From positions 16,978,752-17,042,751 of the forward strand of contig OZ316898.1 in the NCBI GenBank assembly GCA_973895155.1: a DNA stretch of 64,000 bases. The letters are read 5' to 3'. The DNA comes from Marsupella aquatica. Taxonomy: Eukaryota > Plantae > Marchantiophyta. Made by a program: the position numbers and the translations under genes. The notes beneath the pieces are model-generated. The model was not told the origin of the DNA, did no database searches, and saw only the letters and a program-made list of their open reading frames with translations. This document shows, one piece after another, positions 38,801-51,115 of the stretch (positions within the stretch are counted from its first letter, which is position 1; each line of letters starts with the position of its first letter).

Positions 38801-41694
38801 ACTTCAAGATTGCAACCTGCACTTCTGAGGATAGCTCATCTGACCTACCTGAATGAATATATTTGGATAGCCCACTGGTATTCACGCTCATCAAACAGTA
38901 GCCTGCAGTACCGAGGGTAAATCTTGGAAAACCTCTTATACATACATTAGACTCTTAGGCATCACAGCATACCTCAGATGCATTCACCCACACTGAATGA
39001 GCCGCCAGAAGATTCTTGTCCAGAAGTCCTATTTGGTTCAAGAATGTAACAGTACCATGTTCAACACTCCTTGTTTGTGACACACACTCGTTTTCGAAAG
39101 GGATCTCGGACACGTGCTGCCAGTAACCCACGAAGACATAATAAGTCAGAGCAATACAGATTGACTGTAACTCTACTGCTAAAGATTTTGCAAGATACTG
39201 ATAATGTGATTCCTAAACGCTGGTCCCTATCGGTGCTCCAGGTGGAGTAATAATGTAAGATACTTCGCTTTTACTGTCACAAGTATACGCGTATGGACAT
39301 TCTCCGCATGTTTCATTAAGGTGTGGCAGTGATTACGTAGCTCAAGTGTCTGTCACTGACAGAATAGGAGCACTTACCATGTGAATACCTGTATTGCATT
39401 TAGCAGCCAACTCCTTCGTCTTATGGAGGAGGTTATCAGTTGCATTCAGTATCTGCCGCAAACCAAACCAGATATGTATGCGGTCTCCTGCGCTCCCATT
39501 AAACTTTGCAAAAAGATCCTCTTGGACCTGAAGATATCCAACAACATCATGACGATCCAATTAGGCCTTCACTTCGTTTGAGAGACTATTGAAAGATTTC
39601 TCCAAGGCCGTCGTCTTCAAACGGCAAAGATATAGCCAGACCACCCAAAAACATGTGAAAACCTAAGGCGTCTCTAGAGACCTTGTAAATGTTACTAACG
39701 CAGAGATTTTGAAATGAACCGAGTACCTTCATGCATGTTTCCGTGGTTTCTGCTGCCCATTTGCCTGGCAAGCCTTCACCAGCATCCATGGTGGATCGAG
39801 CAAGGCATGCACGTATTCCTAGCTCTTCAATTGCACGCGCCATACCAGCCACGTGCTGGCCCCCAGCTTCAGCCAAGCATGTCACCTACACCGTCACAAA
39901 TCGTTTTTTAAAGTCCAGTGGGTACATGGGTGAAAAGTTCAAACCTGGGCTCCTCCATTACTCTTTTGAGGTTACCTACTCAAAGGCTAAATACGATCAC
40001 TCTGCCCAAAGAAACGTAACTGTAGACTGCTTACTCTAAATTCCTTTCACAAGTCCCCAAATCTTCTAATGTTGCCCTGAATTCTTGCTGGCGCACAAGA
40101 TGAGTAAAAATCAATATCTGTCAAATTTGTAGACTTGAACTGGTTCAGATCAGTCATTCACCACCTATACTGAATGAATGTTCCGGCTTGCATACACCAG
40201 AATGAATAAGCTCAATGCCGCAGAGTAAAGTCGAGATGTACGAGTCCTCCTCGGTCATGTTGGACTCATATGGCCAGATTCGGTGATGCAGCCATGTCAA
40301 AAGATCGACATCATCGGCGATTCCCCGGGCCAGCTGTTGTGATGTGTGAACATGTGTGTTGATCAATCCTGGCCATTTTCAAAATCCATGCCTGAACATG
40401 GTAAGTTTAAGCCTTGCAAGTCGATAAACACCCAAATTGAAAAACAAAACAAAAAAATTAAATCTTTATCTATTTCTCATACCTGACATTGCCACTGAAA
40501 ACTTCTTCAAACACTTTAAAGTTTAGTTTGGCCATACATCTTTGTCGTCGCTTAAATTTGGTCATGCTTGATTGTCAATGCATTAAGGCCAGTGTCAAAA
40601 TCAATCTCTGATAGGTCACAGGGGAGATGTGGAGTCTCTGTGGCTTATTTTTTTGCTATTTGCGTCCTTTATATGTCTGTCTGTGTAAGTTGATGGGTAA
40701 GCATGGGCAAAGACAAGTTAGTGCGTGAGGGTCTATCTCCGTGTACCGTACATAGTGAGGCACCTCACCACATGTAGGTGCAATTCACCGTGAAGCAAGA
40801 AATTTGTTGGGTCTTTAAATTTCTTCTCAACTAGAGATCCACATTCGGACCAATGCAGCTGGGCATTTCCAGGACACCGACTCGTTTTGAAGGAAAAATC
40901 TCTTCCAGCACACTGCAAAAGGCCTAGATTGCGAGCTTTCTAGAACAGTCACTTATGGCTTTCTATCTCTCTCATAGTATTCATTGTCTTATTGCGTGAA
41001 ATTAATTTCTTCTCCTACGAGGCCGAAAGTTTTCCAATTTTGTTTGCATTCCTCACTTTTTCTGAGGCACTTCGACCTCTAAATTATGAGATTTGACACT
41101 TGCCGAAGCAGCCAAAGCGAAGTCCAAAGCAGATGCACTCAATATGTCTCAATGAACAAATCCAAATACAGAGCCTTGGTAGGGTGAAGAAGAGCTGTAG
41201 CTTAGGACTTCAGTTTTCTTTCTACCATTAATTGTGTAGCAGCGGCTGCCATTTTCCTGCACTGACGAATGTAGCTAAAAATTCCCCCACAGTGGCAACA
41301 GGAAATACTCTTAAAATTCATCAAACTCCTCTGAAACCAGATCCCAAAGCTACAGGTTACAGAAACATGGAGATCGTCACTTTGGAATATTCAATTCCAA
41401 TTTTCAAAATTTGAATAGCTCTACACAGCAATTAACAATTCTTCAGTGGAAATAGGGTTCGCACCAAATGTGGAGGGATGGAGGAATAGACCAGTCACCT
41501 GGTAAAATCCAATGCCCTTTGAAATCGAGAAGCTCCTCAGCCTTCGAGGAGAACTCCTGAAGAATGGGGCCACTATGACCCACTGCCAAGATTTGAGAGC
41601 CTTTCACTACCAGAGCTCCGTCCAGAAATATTCGCAGGTTGGCGTCCATAGTCACGATCCCACATCCATGAATTACTCTAACCTTCTCGCCCAT
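35840..41694 (-). CDS. Amidohydrolase, 5-methylthioadenosine/S-adenosylhomocysteine deaminase-like (AtzA/TRZ group)
   Basis: 10 exons at about 41694-41499, 40370-40197, 39885-39727, 39527-39378, 39116-38972, 37969-37813, 37532-37359, 36957-36901, 36731-36628 and 35932-35840. Metal-binding motifs PGLINTHVHTSQ, IHMHVSE, LAAHSVW and SLGTDGAPSNN, plus IGSIEPGKKADL. Stop TAA at 35840-35842. Confidence 0.9.
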
Positions 41695-41792
41695 TGTGGA
41701 TCTTGTGTCTGTTTGTCCCGTCTGTCTGAAATCTGGATCTCAGCTCCACTATTTCAATGAGAGTTTAGTGCTTTGGGTGACAGGTACTGTGC

Positions 41793-42381
41793 TCATGAAC
41801 AATGTCTAATAATCATGTTTGCTCCTTTTCCACCAATGGTCTTTTCCGTGCTGTGGACGGAACTGAAGCTATTATTATTATGGACTGTCAACGTCTCGTG
41901 TATTACTGCAATTACGAAAGTACCCAGGAAAGGACGCACCTGCCCACATACCTTCCCCATATATTCCCCATACAAAAACTCCCCTTCCGTGCTTATCGAG
42001 GACGAGCGGTAAGTGATCAAACGAGGACAGAAACACCAGTCGTGGCCTTTGCTCAGCGCTGAGAGCATTCACCGTCAATTCTGTGTCTCGCCTGCCGTCA
42101 TTGCTGTTGGTCGTTGTGGTAGTGTCGAAAAGCACAACTTTCATGTCCCCCGCGATGAAAGCATTGCGATGCCCCTTCGTCGCAAAGTACATTGTTGCTT
42201 CGCCAAGCTCCTCGTCTTTCTTCTCTTGCTCTTTCGGTATCTGAGACTTCGGTCTCACGATGTTGTAGTCATGGTACCGGTACTTAGACGGCATGTGATT
42301 TGACGAATCGCGGAAGATAGAGTTCAGGGAGTAGTGGTAGCAGGAAGTAGTGGAGCTCACCTTAAATGGGGGTCGAGGTAA
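41793..42381 (-). other. Unidentified coding-like segment (orphan exon or frameshifted gene fragment) just upstream of the amidohydrolase
   Basis: 169-codon ORF (41878-42387) that starts at a TGCAG acceptor-like site rather than an ATG. A second open frame (41793-42068) overlaps its 3' half. Confidence 0.35.
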
Positions 42382-44135
42382 CTGCACATCAAAATATGCA
42401 TCCCTCTATACCACGATAAACCTCCTTATTTTCTTTAAAAATCAATGAATGCACGCCAGAGTGGCTGAAATGGGGGACCTCAACACACCAAACAAATTTT
42501 GGTTCAAACAAAATTCATTTCATCATCCATTAAAATAATGAAATATTTCAAAACTTAACATATTGTAGGTTTTGTGGCGCCCTAGTGAACTAGCGATGCA
42601 CTGTGCAACAGAGTAGCCCAGACAATGACTGCCAAGTTACTCCATTTCTTGGATTTCTGAGAGTCGTAGTCTGAAGGGCGTCAAGTCCTGATTTCATCTT
42701 TGCAGTCCATCAAGTTCAGAATATGCTAGATGGGCTTAATTAAGTCTTTCATGCATGTGGAAGTACCCACAAATTACCCATTTTCAGCCCCATCACTTGA
42801 CTAACACATGTTTACCTAACCAGGCCTCCTACCAAACCTATGTGGGGGGTCTCAAACCTCAAAGTTTGATGGACCTTAACTTAGTAGTTACCGACAAAAA
42901 AAATTATGGATTACCAAATTCATGATTCATAACTTTTTGCTATAAGATTGGTCATGTGCATGATGGGCTATGTCACTGTAGAAGCTAGTGACAAAAAACA
43001 ATTAACATAACAGTGTGAAAAAACTATGGCCAAAAGCCATTTTCAGTAACTTTGAAGCATTGAGACAACCTCATAGGCCAAACAATATCATTTTGCTATG
43101 ACTATTCGGTGTAGACATCAGTTTCCTATACCTTGGACATTTTCTACTGTATTGTAATTGACAATACAATTTGGGGCCCATCACTGAACTAACTAAAAGT
43201 TCAACCCATTTCCAATACATTTTTGGAATTTTCTACAATATTTTTTCCAACCATATCGTGGGCCATTTTCAGGCCCCACTTATCTAAACAAAAATTCAGC
43301 CACTAATCATGATGGAAAGTTACTCTTTGGGGCCTATGGTCTAGAGTGAGGCCTGTAGATTGCGACTATGGGACATGACTAAAGTTGGGGTGGGAGTGGA
43401 CAATGAAGATTGGGGCAGGGTTAGTCTCTGAACATGGCACAGCAGGCTTAAATGTCCTCACCTCAATTTACTTCCAAAGAACAATCACTCATACTAGTTT
43501 GCCACAATATTCCTAAAGTTTGTAAAATTCCAAAATATTTGTCTCTTACTATGTCAACCCCAAAATTTGAACAAAAAATTACTAGATTATTAGCTTTTCC
43601 TAAATAAAAATAAGAAATGTTATGTGAAGGTCCTGCCAAAACCTGCCCTATGGTAGGAGTCAAATGTCACATTAACAAGAAAAGGCACCCAGACAGACAT
43701 GGTTGTGTAGTAGTTCACTTGAGTTGAGACTCATAGGTCTAGAGTTCAAATGTTGTGATTGACTATTCCTTTTCTATGGGGTTTCACAGATTTACTTTAG
43801 AAACAAAATTAAAAAAGGCATATGTGTCATATTTTCATTTGTATGAATAGCATCTCCCATTCTAGCTTTTTGGACATTTTTGTCTATCCCATGGGAATTA
43901 TAAGTTCTATCCAGTGTAACCCCATTCACACCCTCTTAACCTAATTCTTAGGGCACTTTTCAAATAGCTCAAGGACCAAACCTTTTGACAAGCCCAAAAA
44001 GTAGCAAGCTACAATAACTTGTGTGTTCATGCCAACATTCATGCATACAACCTAAGGTCATGTTTAGTTATGAGACCCATGAAAGCCTTTGCTTAGCAAA
44101 GCTGCCTGGGCACTCCAAGCAATCAATGCCCTTAG

Positions 44136-46015
44136 TGTATCTTCCCCTCCCTTTCAGATGACACCCACATCATTGGTCCACCTGCTGCGGTTACTTCTGC
44201 CCTCGCCACCCTTTCCACCCATTTGTTGGGCCTCGGTTTACGGGTTCAGCCGGTGAAGAGTCGTGCATGGAGTCCAGCTGGGTTACCCTTTGATCTTGCG
44301 CTTCCCCCTGGGTTCTTACGTCCAAACGACGGTCTTCGGGTCCTTGGCTCCCCAGTCGGTACTGCCTCCTTTTGCTCATCTTTCATTGCTGCCGCTCTAT
44401 AGGCTGCCTTAGCCCCTACTCCTATGCTCCCTAAGTTAGGAGATTCTCAGGCAGCATTTGGGTTGTTATTGCGATGCATCCACCCTCGCGCGTCCTATTT
44501 GGCTCGGACACATCCCCCTACGGAGGATCTGTATCTACACCTCCAAGCGTTTGATGTGTCCATTCGTGAGACTTTGGCTTCTCTTTTAGGGCCAGGTACT
44601 TTGCTCTCATCTCCGTGGCTTCATCGACAGCTCAGTCTTCCTATTTCTCACGGTGGTTTTGGGCTTACGTCCACTGAGCGCCTTGCACCTTTGGCCTTTT
44701 TGGGTGCGTGGGCGGCCGCCTTCTCATTGTTGGCAGATCGTTTCCTTACTGAGGATCGCCCTTTTTTACTTTCGTCTCTCATGGAGGTAGAGGAGGGTTC
44801 CCTCCCATTTCAGGTTCATTTGCGCGCGGCGTGGTCATCATTACCAGATCCTGTTCGAGCTGCGTTATCTTCATTTAAGGAGTTTTTATCCTTGGACCCC
44901 GTCCGTCTTAGGCAGACCTTGCTGGGCGTATGCACGCTTTCACCCTCTCCAGCATCCTCAACGAGGCACCTGACATGGACCAAGCTCGGATTCTTTCTTC
45001 CGGAGGGAAGGGCGCAGGAGGCTGGCTTCAGGCAAATCCAGTCATTCCTCACCTACGGATGTCTTCTACGGAGTTTGCGACAGCCATGCGTCTTCGTATG
45101 GGCTTGCCCCACCCACTTCTTGCTGGTTTACCTCCTACTTGCACTTGTGGGAAGCCTTGTGATGCCACAGGTGTCCATCTTCTTCGGTGGAGTTTGGGCG
45201 GCGAAACCATTTTTGTTCACGACGCTGTGAGAGATGCCACTACTCAGGTTCTTTCTGGCTCTTTGGTCTGCGCACAGCGGGAGGTGGTGCTCGAGTTACC
45301 TGGTCCTCCATCACAGCGGTTACGGGTGGATCTTACCATGGTCCGTGAGGGTCACCATACTTTGGCAGATGTAGTGGTGGCAAACCCATTGCGCCAAGAC
45401 ATCATTGGGACAGCGGCAACAACGGCAAGGGCAGCAACATCACGAGCAGCAACCACGAAGGAGGCCAAATATCCTGCACAAGCTTCATCTGATAGCTTCC
45501 TGCCCCTTGCTCTTGAGATATTTGGGCGTCTCCATCATCAGTTCGATGGGCTTCTTTGCCAAGCTGCTCGGGATGTTCACGGCCGGATGGGTCCCACTGG
45601 ACCCCCGCTATCTATTTTGACCACAAACTTTTGCCAACACATTTCAGTCACCTTACAGCGTGCTCAAGCTTGGGCCATTTATCGTCAATCTTTGACAGTG
45701 GGTGCTAGTGTGACTCCACAGCGGTAGCCCCCCTAGAGTACATTCCCATCCCACTTGCCGATTTAGTTTCGACACTTGATGTAGACCATTAGCTTTTTGC
45801 CACATTTGCTAGGAATGATGAGGACCTCGGTCCATTTGCGGTAATTTTAGTTCCTTTTTCTTGGTTTTTAGGGGTTTCCTTTTGCTCACTTCTTTTGCGT
45901 TTGGTTTTGTCCACTTGGGACCTCTCTTGTTTATTCTTTTGTACTCTATTTGGCCCTTTTCTGTAAAAAGTATCTGCTTTCCCTTAGTGAGTCTTCTCTT
46001 TATAATTTTCATTTA
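44136..46015 (+). mobile_element. 5'-truncated, degenerate CRE-clade (RLE-type) non-LTR retrotransposon
   Basis: Begins at the RT catalytic region CIFPSLSDDTHIIGP, then GLRVLGSPVG and LSLPISHGGFGL, zinc knuckle CTCG..D.TGVHLLRW, HDAVRD, and RLE motifs RVDL...LADV...KEAKY...FLPLALEIFG. Stop at 44400, frameshift near 44925, stop at 45725, then a pyrimidine-rich 3' UTR. Confidence 0.85.
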
Positions 46016-47795
46016 TGTAGAAAAATGCCCAATCATTTTAGATTTGATGGAGCCTCAAGGACGGCACAGATGGTGAGCCTAGGCGTGCAGAGAGTTGTTT
46101 CAGCCATGTTATTGTAGAAAGATAGTGTCATTGTTTTGGGCCAGTTTTAAAGAGGAAGTCTTGGCATAAGTGTTGTCATTTCGATCAGGTTGTTGTTGAA
46201 GAGACATTTGACCAGGTTATTATTGCAAAAGTGTTGATATTTCAGCTAGATTGTCGTGTGGCCAGGTTGCTATTGCAAAGGAATGAAGGATTTCAAGAAA
46301 TGGTCATCAATGAAGATTTTGAGAGGAGAAAGTGAATCTAATGGGAGTAGCCAATGACAATAATAATGGGATGGCAAGGGTAGACAAAGAAACATACATG
46401 GGAGAAACAAAGCCAAATAAGGGCAAGATTGGGAGCCAAATAAAAGTCCTAACATGGAAGAAAGATCTAGATTCAAAAGGCCCAAACCAAAATGACCATT
46501 CTAACGCCCCTCTTCAAACCATTTTTTTGTTTGAGAAATCCCTAAGAAATTAACATGAAAGAATTAAAAGTGCTCCCCTTTCAAACCAAAAATTACTATG
46601 TCATGCCTCCCCAAACACCTCGGGCCAAACACCCGCCCAAACAACCATCCTCAACCCAAAATTCTTTAATCAATGTGCTCCTTCCTTCCGTGTTTATGTG
46701 CCAAGTCTTCATGCATACCTTAGTTATTTGTAAATGTGATGTGGGCCCCTTGATTTTCAGACGCATTTCACTTCATGTCATTGTCATGCCTCTTGAACTT
46801 CTATACCCTTGGTCTATACCATGACACCACAAGGTTCTGGGACTATCATGACAGGGTGTCATGGCACTATAAAATTCATGTTTTACTTGAACTAGTCCCC
46901 AATGATGTGTTCTAGACTTGCTTAGAGGTCTTGGGGCTTGTAGCTCTGTCTTTGATTGTTTCTATGGGCATGTGCAGTCTTTTGTATATAGCAAGGGCTT
47001 TATCCCAGTTTTGCTCCTCGTTGCCTTAATTGTTAAGACAATAGGTGTGTCACACACACACACACACTAGCTTAGATGTTCACAGCTCTATGTTGGGCTG
47101 AGGCTGTGCGTGTAAGGATCTAGACAATTTCTCTTCATGACCTCCTTGTCTGGTGTACTCTAAATCGTTACTAAACTTTTCAATTTACTTCCGGGTTTAC
47201 TACTCAATAGAGCTTTTACTTCTTACACTATTGCGGGGGATTTCTCAACTTAGGCTTTTTGGTTTGCTTGTGGGTTGTCACCTGTTTGCTCCTCTTTGTT
47301 GTGTCTCTTCCCTTAAAAATTTTAGTTTGATGCTTTTCTTCTTTGGTAGTGTGATACTAACCACGGCTTTTTCTCTGACGGTGTGGTCCATTGACTAAAT
47401 GTTGTTTTGGTAAGAAGCCTACCTAACCATTGAATTACCTCGACATTCTTGAATGTCTAATTAACCTTAATTAAGATGGGCCTGAAGGTGCTGCTATGCA
47501 TTGTTACCTCCCAACCCATCTCTCTCCTAGTAACTCCCACACTCCTTGAAATCCAGTTGTGAGACCTATTTGTCTACTTGTAATGTCCGATTGGCTGGCC
47601 ACCTCACTCACTTATGCTTGGCCATACTTCTCAATCGCATTTACTGGCTCTACAATAGGCAGGGTAGTATCTTTATCTTCTAAGCTAACTTATAATTCAT
47701 GATCCAAGACAGTTTACTTTCATGACCTCCATAGAGTGAGACCAGACTCTAATTTCTGTGACATTAGCGAATATAACATTTAGACTATATTTGTG

Positions 47796-47956
47796 GAGAC
47801 ATTTAATTACTTGATGGACCCCAAACTGTACTTTAATTTCTAACCAACCCCATGAGAATTTGATTACACTGACTTAAGGTCTATCAACAGTCGGGATCTC
47901 TCATGGGATGCATCAAGTAACATGTTTCATTTTGGGATCCATCAAGTAAAAGTCTC
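47796..47956. mobile_element. MITE-like element (Mutator-like) with long terminal inverted repeats
   Basis: Left end GAGACATTTAATTACTTGATGGACCCCAAA; reverse complement of the right end GAGACTTTTACTTGATGGATCCCAAAA. Flanks TATATTTGTG / TATATTTACA resemble a decayed 9-10 bp TSD. Confidence 0.6.
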
Positions 47957-48156
47957 TATATTTACAGACCCCATGAGAGGTCCCTTGCAAATTCCCTGCC
48001 ACAAGGTTGTGCCACAGGTTGTGCCACATCAGCACAATTAGCCACAAATAGGAAAGATCCTATTTTTGACAGTAACAAAAGCGCACATTCATGTTTGTGG
48101 CAAAAACAATGTAATTTTTGAGCCACCATCACGATAATAACGAAAAGTAAAAAATA

Positions 48157-48314
48157 TAAAATACAAAACCAAAGCAAGTAAAACCATCAAATGTAACCAT
48201 TTTATTTACCTTTCATATATTATCAAACTTGCAAAATACAAATCCAAAGCAAGTAAAACCAAGGTAAAACTGTCAAATGTAGCCATTTTATTTACCTTTC
48301 ATATTTTATCAAAC
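48157..48314. repeat. Local tandem duplication (~70-80 bp x2)
   Basis: AAAATACAAA.CCAAAGCAAGTAAAACC...TCAAATGTA.CCATTTTATTTACCTTTCATAT.TTATCAAAC occurs twice. Confidence 0.8.
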
Positions 48315-50127
48315 ATAAACAAATCATTCAAAAAAACAACCATCTTTGTGCAAGTAATAATTAAACTAATAACCGCCACTATTACCATTGGGAGGGTTCA
48401 GGTCATTGTGTGTTGTTTTTGTTTCGATATTTGCATTTACGATGTTTGGCTCTAGTTTCTTCCCTTCACATTCCATAACCAAATTAAATAGAGCCGGATA
48501 GGTTCTTCCCACTCCCAAGCTCCCATTTTGAACCATGTTGGAGAGAATTCTGGTAGGTGCATACCATGGATATGGTAGTGCATGAAGTTGATCATGTGAC
48601 CAGTAATCAACATGGAGGAGTTGGATGGAGGAGTTGGATGGATGGAGCCAATTGCCCAACTGAAGACCAAGTTGTGAGTTAGCAATCGTGACCTATTTGG
48701 TACAACTGTAGATTTGACATCATCTATTTTCATTTTTTACAATGGGCTTTCTTGTGGTTTAGTTCAAGACCTTGCTAATGGTTTAATTAGGACAATTGTA
48801 TTATTCAATTAATGGTTGTGTCAATTGTAACTATTATGTTTTAGAACAATTGGGGTCATTATCATGAGATACTCATGATCATGGTTGGTTGTCGGTTGGT
48901 TGTCGGTTGGTTGTCTGATGTGAGATTTACAAGTTTCACATAATCAAGCTTCTTCAGCACTTTCAAATGAAATGATGTTCATGGCTAGGCGTCAATCTAT
49001 GATGACGTTATTTAAAGAGTGATTATGGCTGGTATCCAGTCTGTGGTTGATGCAATTTATATTTTTGGCAGCGGAATGATAATTATAGACTCACCAAGCT
49101 CTTGGGCAGAGACTGATAGATCTGGCCCCTAATCTGGAATTTTACGAGGAGATTCATTGAGAAACAAAAGACTTCAATAAAGTTTTCTTAATCCCTTTTC
49201 ATCCCCTGTCATAGACATCCCACCAGCCTGGTACCTCCCGTGTATAATTATAGATCCACAAAGATCAATTAATCCAATTTAAAATTGAGGATCTTATTTC
49301 TACAAGAAGGAACCCCTGAAGGAACTAGTTTACTCATGGAATTGAGCAAGGCTCTAGAAGCTAGTGATTGAAGCAATCTACTTGGGTAGGAAAAGGTTTT
49401 GCTGGCTGGGAAGCATTTCACTTCTGTGGGTTTTTTGATGCAATTATGGCTAGTTGCCCAGGAAAAGTGGTTGGCAAAACAGATAGGTCTCCAACAAGCA
49501 CTGTATTTCAAATAGTTTGCACAGACAACTCTAGTATTGGCTTTATATATATGTAGAATATTTTATTTTGAGTAGGATAATTTAGAGAGCTGTGTGTATA
49601 GACGGGTTGGTAGTGTGGAAGTGAGGAGGACTCACCAATTTGGAGTTACAATTCCCTTGAGCAGAATGTACCAGGAAAAGACATTACTGTGCAAATTTAT
49701 GTGAAATAATTAGTATCGGTGTGTAATGCAAATTAGTGGTCGTCTATCAACTGTGATAGAGAATCTGATCTCGTGCTGTGAAAAATGGAGCCTGACATTC
49801 AGCATTGGCGACTGCTGTATTTTCGGTGGATGAGCTTGGAATAATTGGATATTTAGGAAAGTAGGAACAAACCAAGTTTTGATGGGCCTATATACTCAAA
49901 CGAACCCTAAGCTAAGGGGTTCACAAACTAATTTTGAGTAGCCATGTGCATGTGACTTTTAGGTATGAGAAGCCCCTTCATGTGCATACACATTACACAC
50001 CCTATTCACACTATACAAAAATTAAAAAGAATATAAAAAGCCGGCGCACCATCTCCTTCCCTTAATAATAAAGAAGTAAAAATTAAAAATCTTTATTTCT
50101 AACCAGTTGCGTCCCCGTGCAAGCATA

Positions 50128-50345
50128 GGCGGACAAACGTCCGAGCTACGGCCGTCACGTCCCCCGACGGTTCAGACACGTCCCATGTGCCGCGAACCAT
50201 GGGCGGACAAACGTGCCCGCTACGGCCGTCAATGCACCGACGGGGAAGAGACGGCGCGCGTGCCGTAAATCATCAGAGGACACACGTGTCCGCTACGGCC
50301 GTCAGTTCCCGGACGGGCCGGCGACGGCGCGTGTGCCGCAAAACG
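50128..50345. repeat. Three GC-rich ~74-bp tandem units upstream of ClpC
   Basis: Invariant core GCTACGGCCGTCA at 50145, 50219 and 50292 (spacing 74 and 73). Each unit also has GGACA.ACGT, GACGG and GTGCCG. Confidence 0.85.
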
Positions 50346-50780
50346 CAACCTTAAAAACTTTCCTCCGAAGCTTGAGCGTCGTCCACTCGTTTGCCTCTTA
50401 TCCTCCCTTTCGCTCTCTCTCCCTCTCCGATGCCCATCGAGAGCATCTCTCCTCTTTTGCGTCGGGGGGAATGTATCTCTCTCTCGCTCCACGATGACGC
50501 TCCCAAAACAACGCACCTTTTTCGTCCAAGCACACCATCGCTCCTCCTCCGCCGTGTCGACGTCGTGCTTGGCGTAAAGTGCACCTGGCAGATCGATAAC
50601 CTTCCGTCCTCTGCTCGGCGCTGCTCATTCGCAGACGGGGAGTATTGAGTGTCCGCGTAAAACTGCTCGGAGACACTCCATTTCCGAGGACTGTGTGTAG
50701 AGTGGCGGTGAAGGGATCGATTTTGGGATTGATTGACTGGACCTCGGTTTGAGAAAAGGAGGCGGAGGGCCGTGGAGCAC

Positions 50781-51115
50781 GAGGACGACGAGGAAGGCGA
50801 GCACGAGTACTGTAGGATCCGTCGTCCGAATTCCAATTGTGGTCTCTGTCTGGCTTTCTTGTGCTTCGGTCGAATCCTGCTCTCTGTGTGATTGTGTGTG
50901 TCTACTTTTACTAGTTCACTGGAGGAGCCAGTGTTCGAAGAGTGTAGGGGTTTAAGGGATTGGGATTGGGAGTCCGAGTTTTGACAAAGAGGAGGAAGAC
51001 GAGGAGTATTGTAGGATCGGTCCGTCGACTTGGTAATTGTGGTGAGTGTGTATCTATGGCTTCGGTCAATCTGCTCTGTGGTTTTTTTCTTGTGTGTGTC
51101 CACTTTACCTAGTCT
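50781..51115. repeat. Diverged duplication (~130 bp x2) in the ClpC 5' leader region
   Basis: GAGTA.TGTAGGATC.GTC.GTC.GA.TT...AATTGTGGT...GCTTCGGTC.AATC.TGCTCT.TG...TTGTGTGTGTC.ACTTT..CTAGT at about 50781-50916 and 50989-51115. Confidence 0.7.

Noticed and set aside
46050-47450. Possible solo LTR or LTR-retrotransposon remnant
   Set aside because: No second LTR, clear TG...CA boundaries, PBS or TSD could be identified.
50128-50345. Regularly spaced repeats as a CRISPR array or hammerhead ribozyme
   Set aside because: Eukaryotic context, the inter-core sequences are homologous to each other, no cas genes, and no CUGAnGA/GAAA hammerhead core on either strand.
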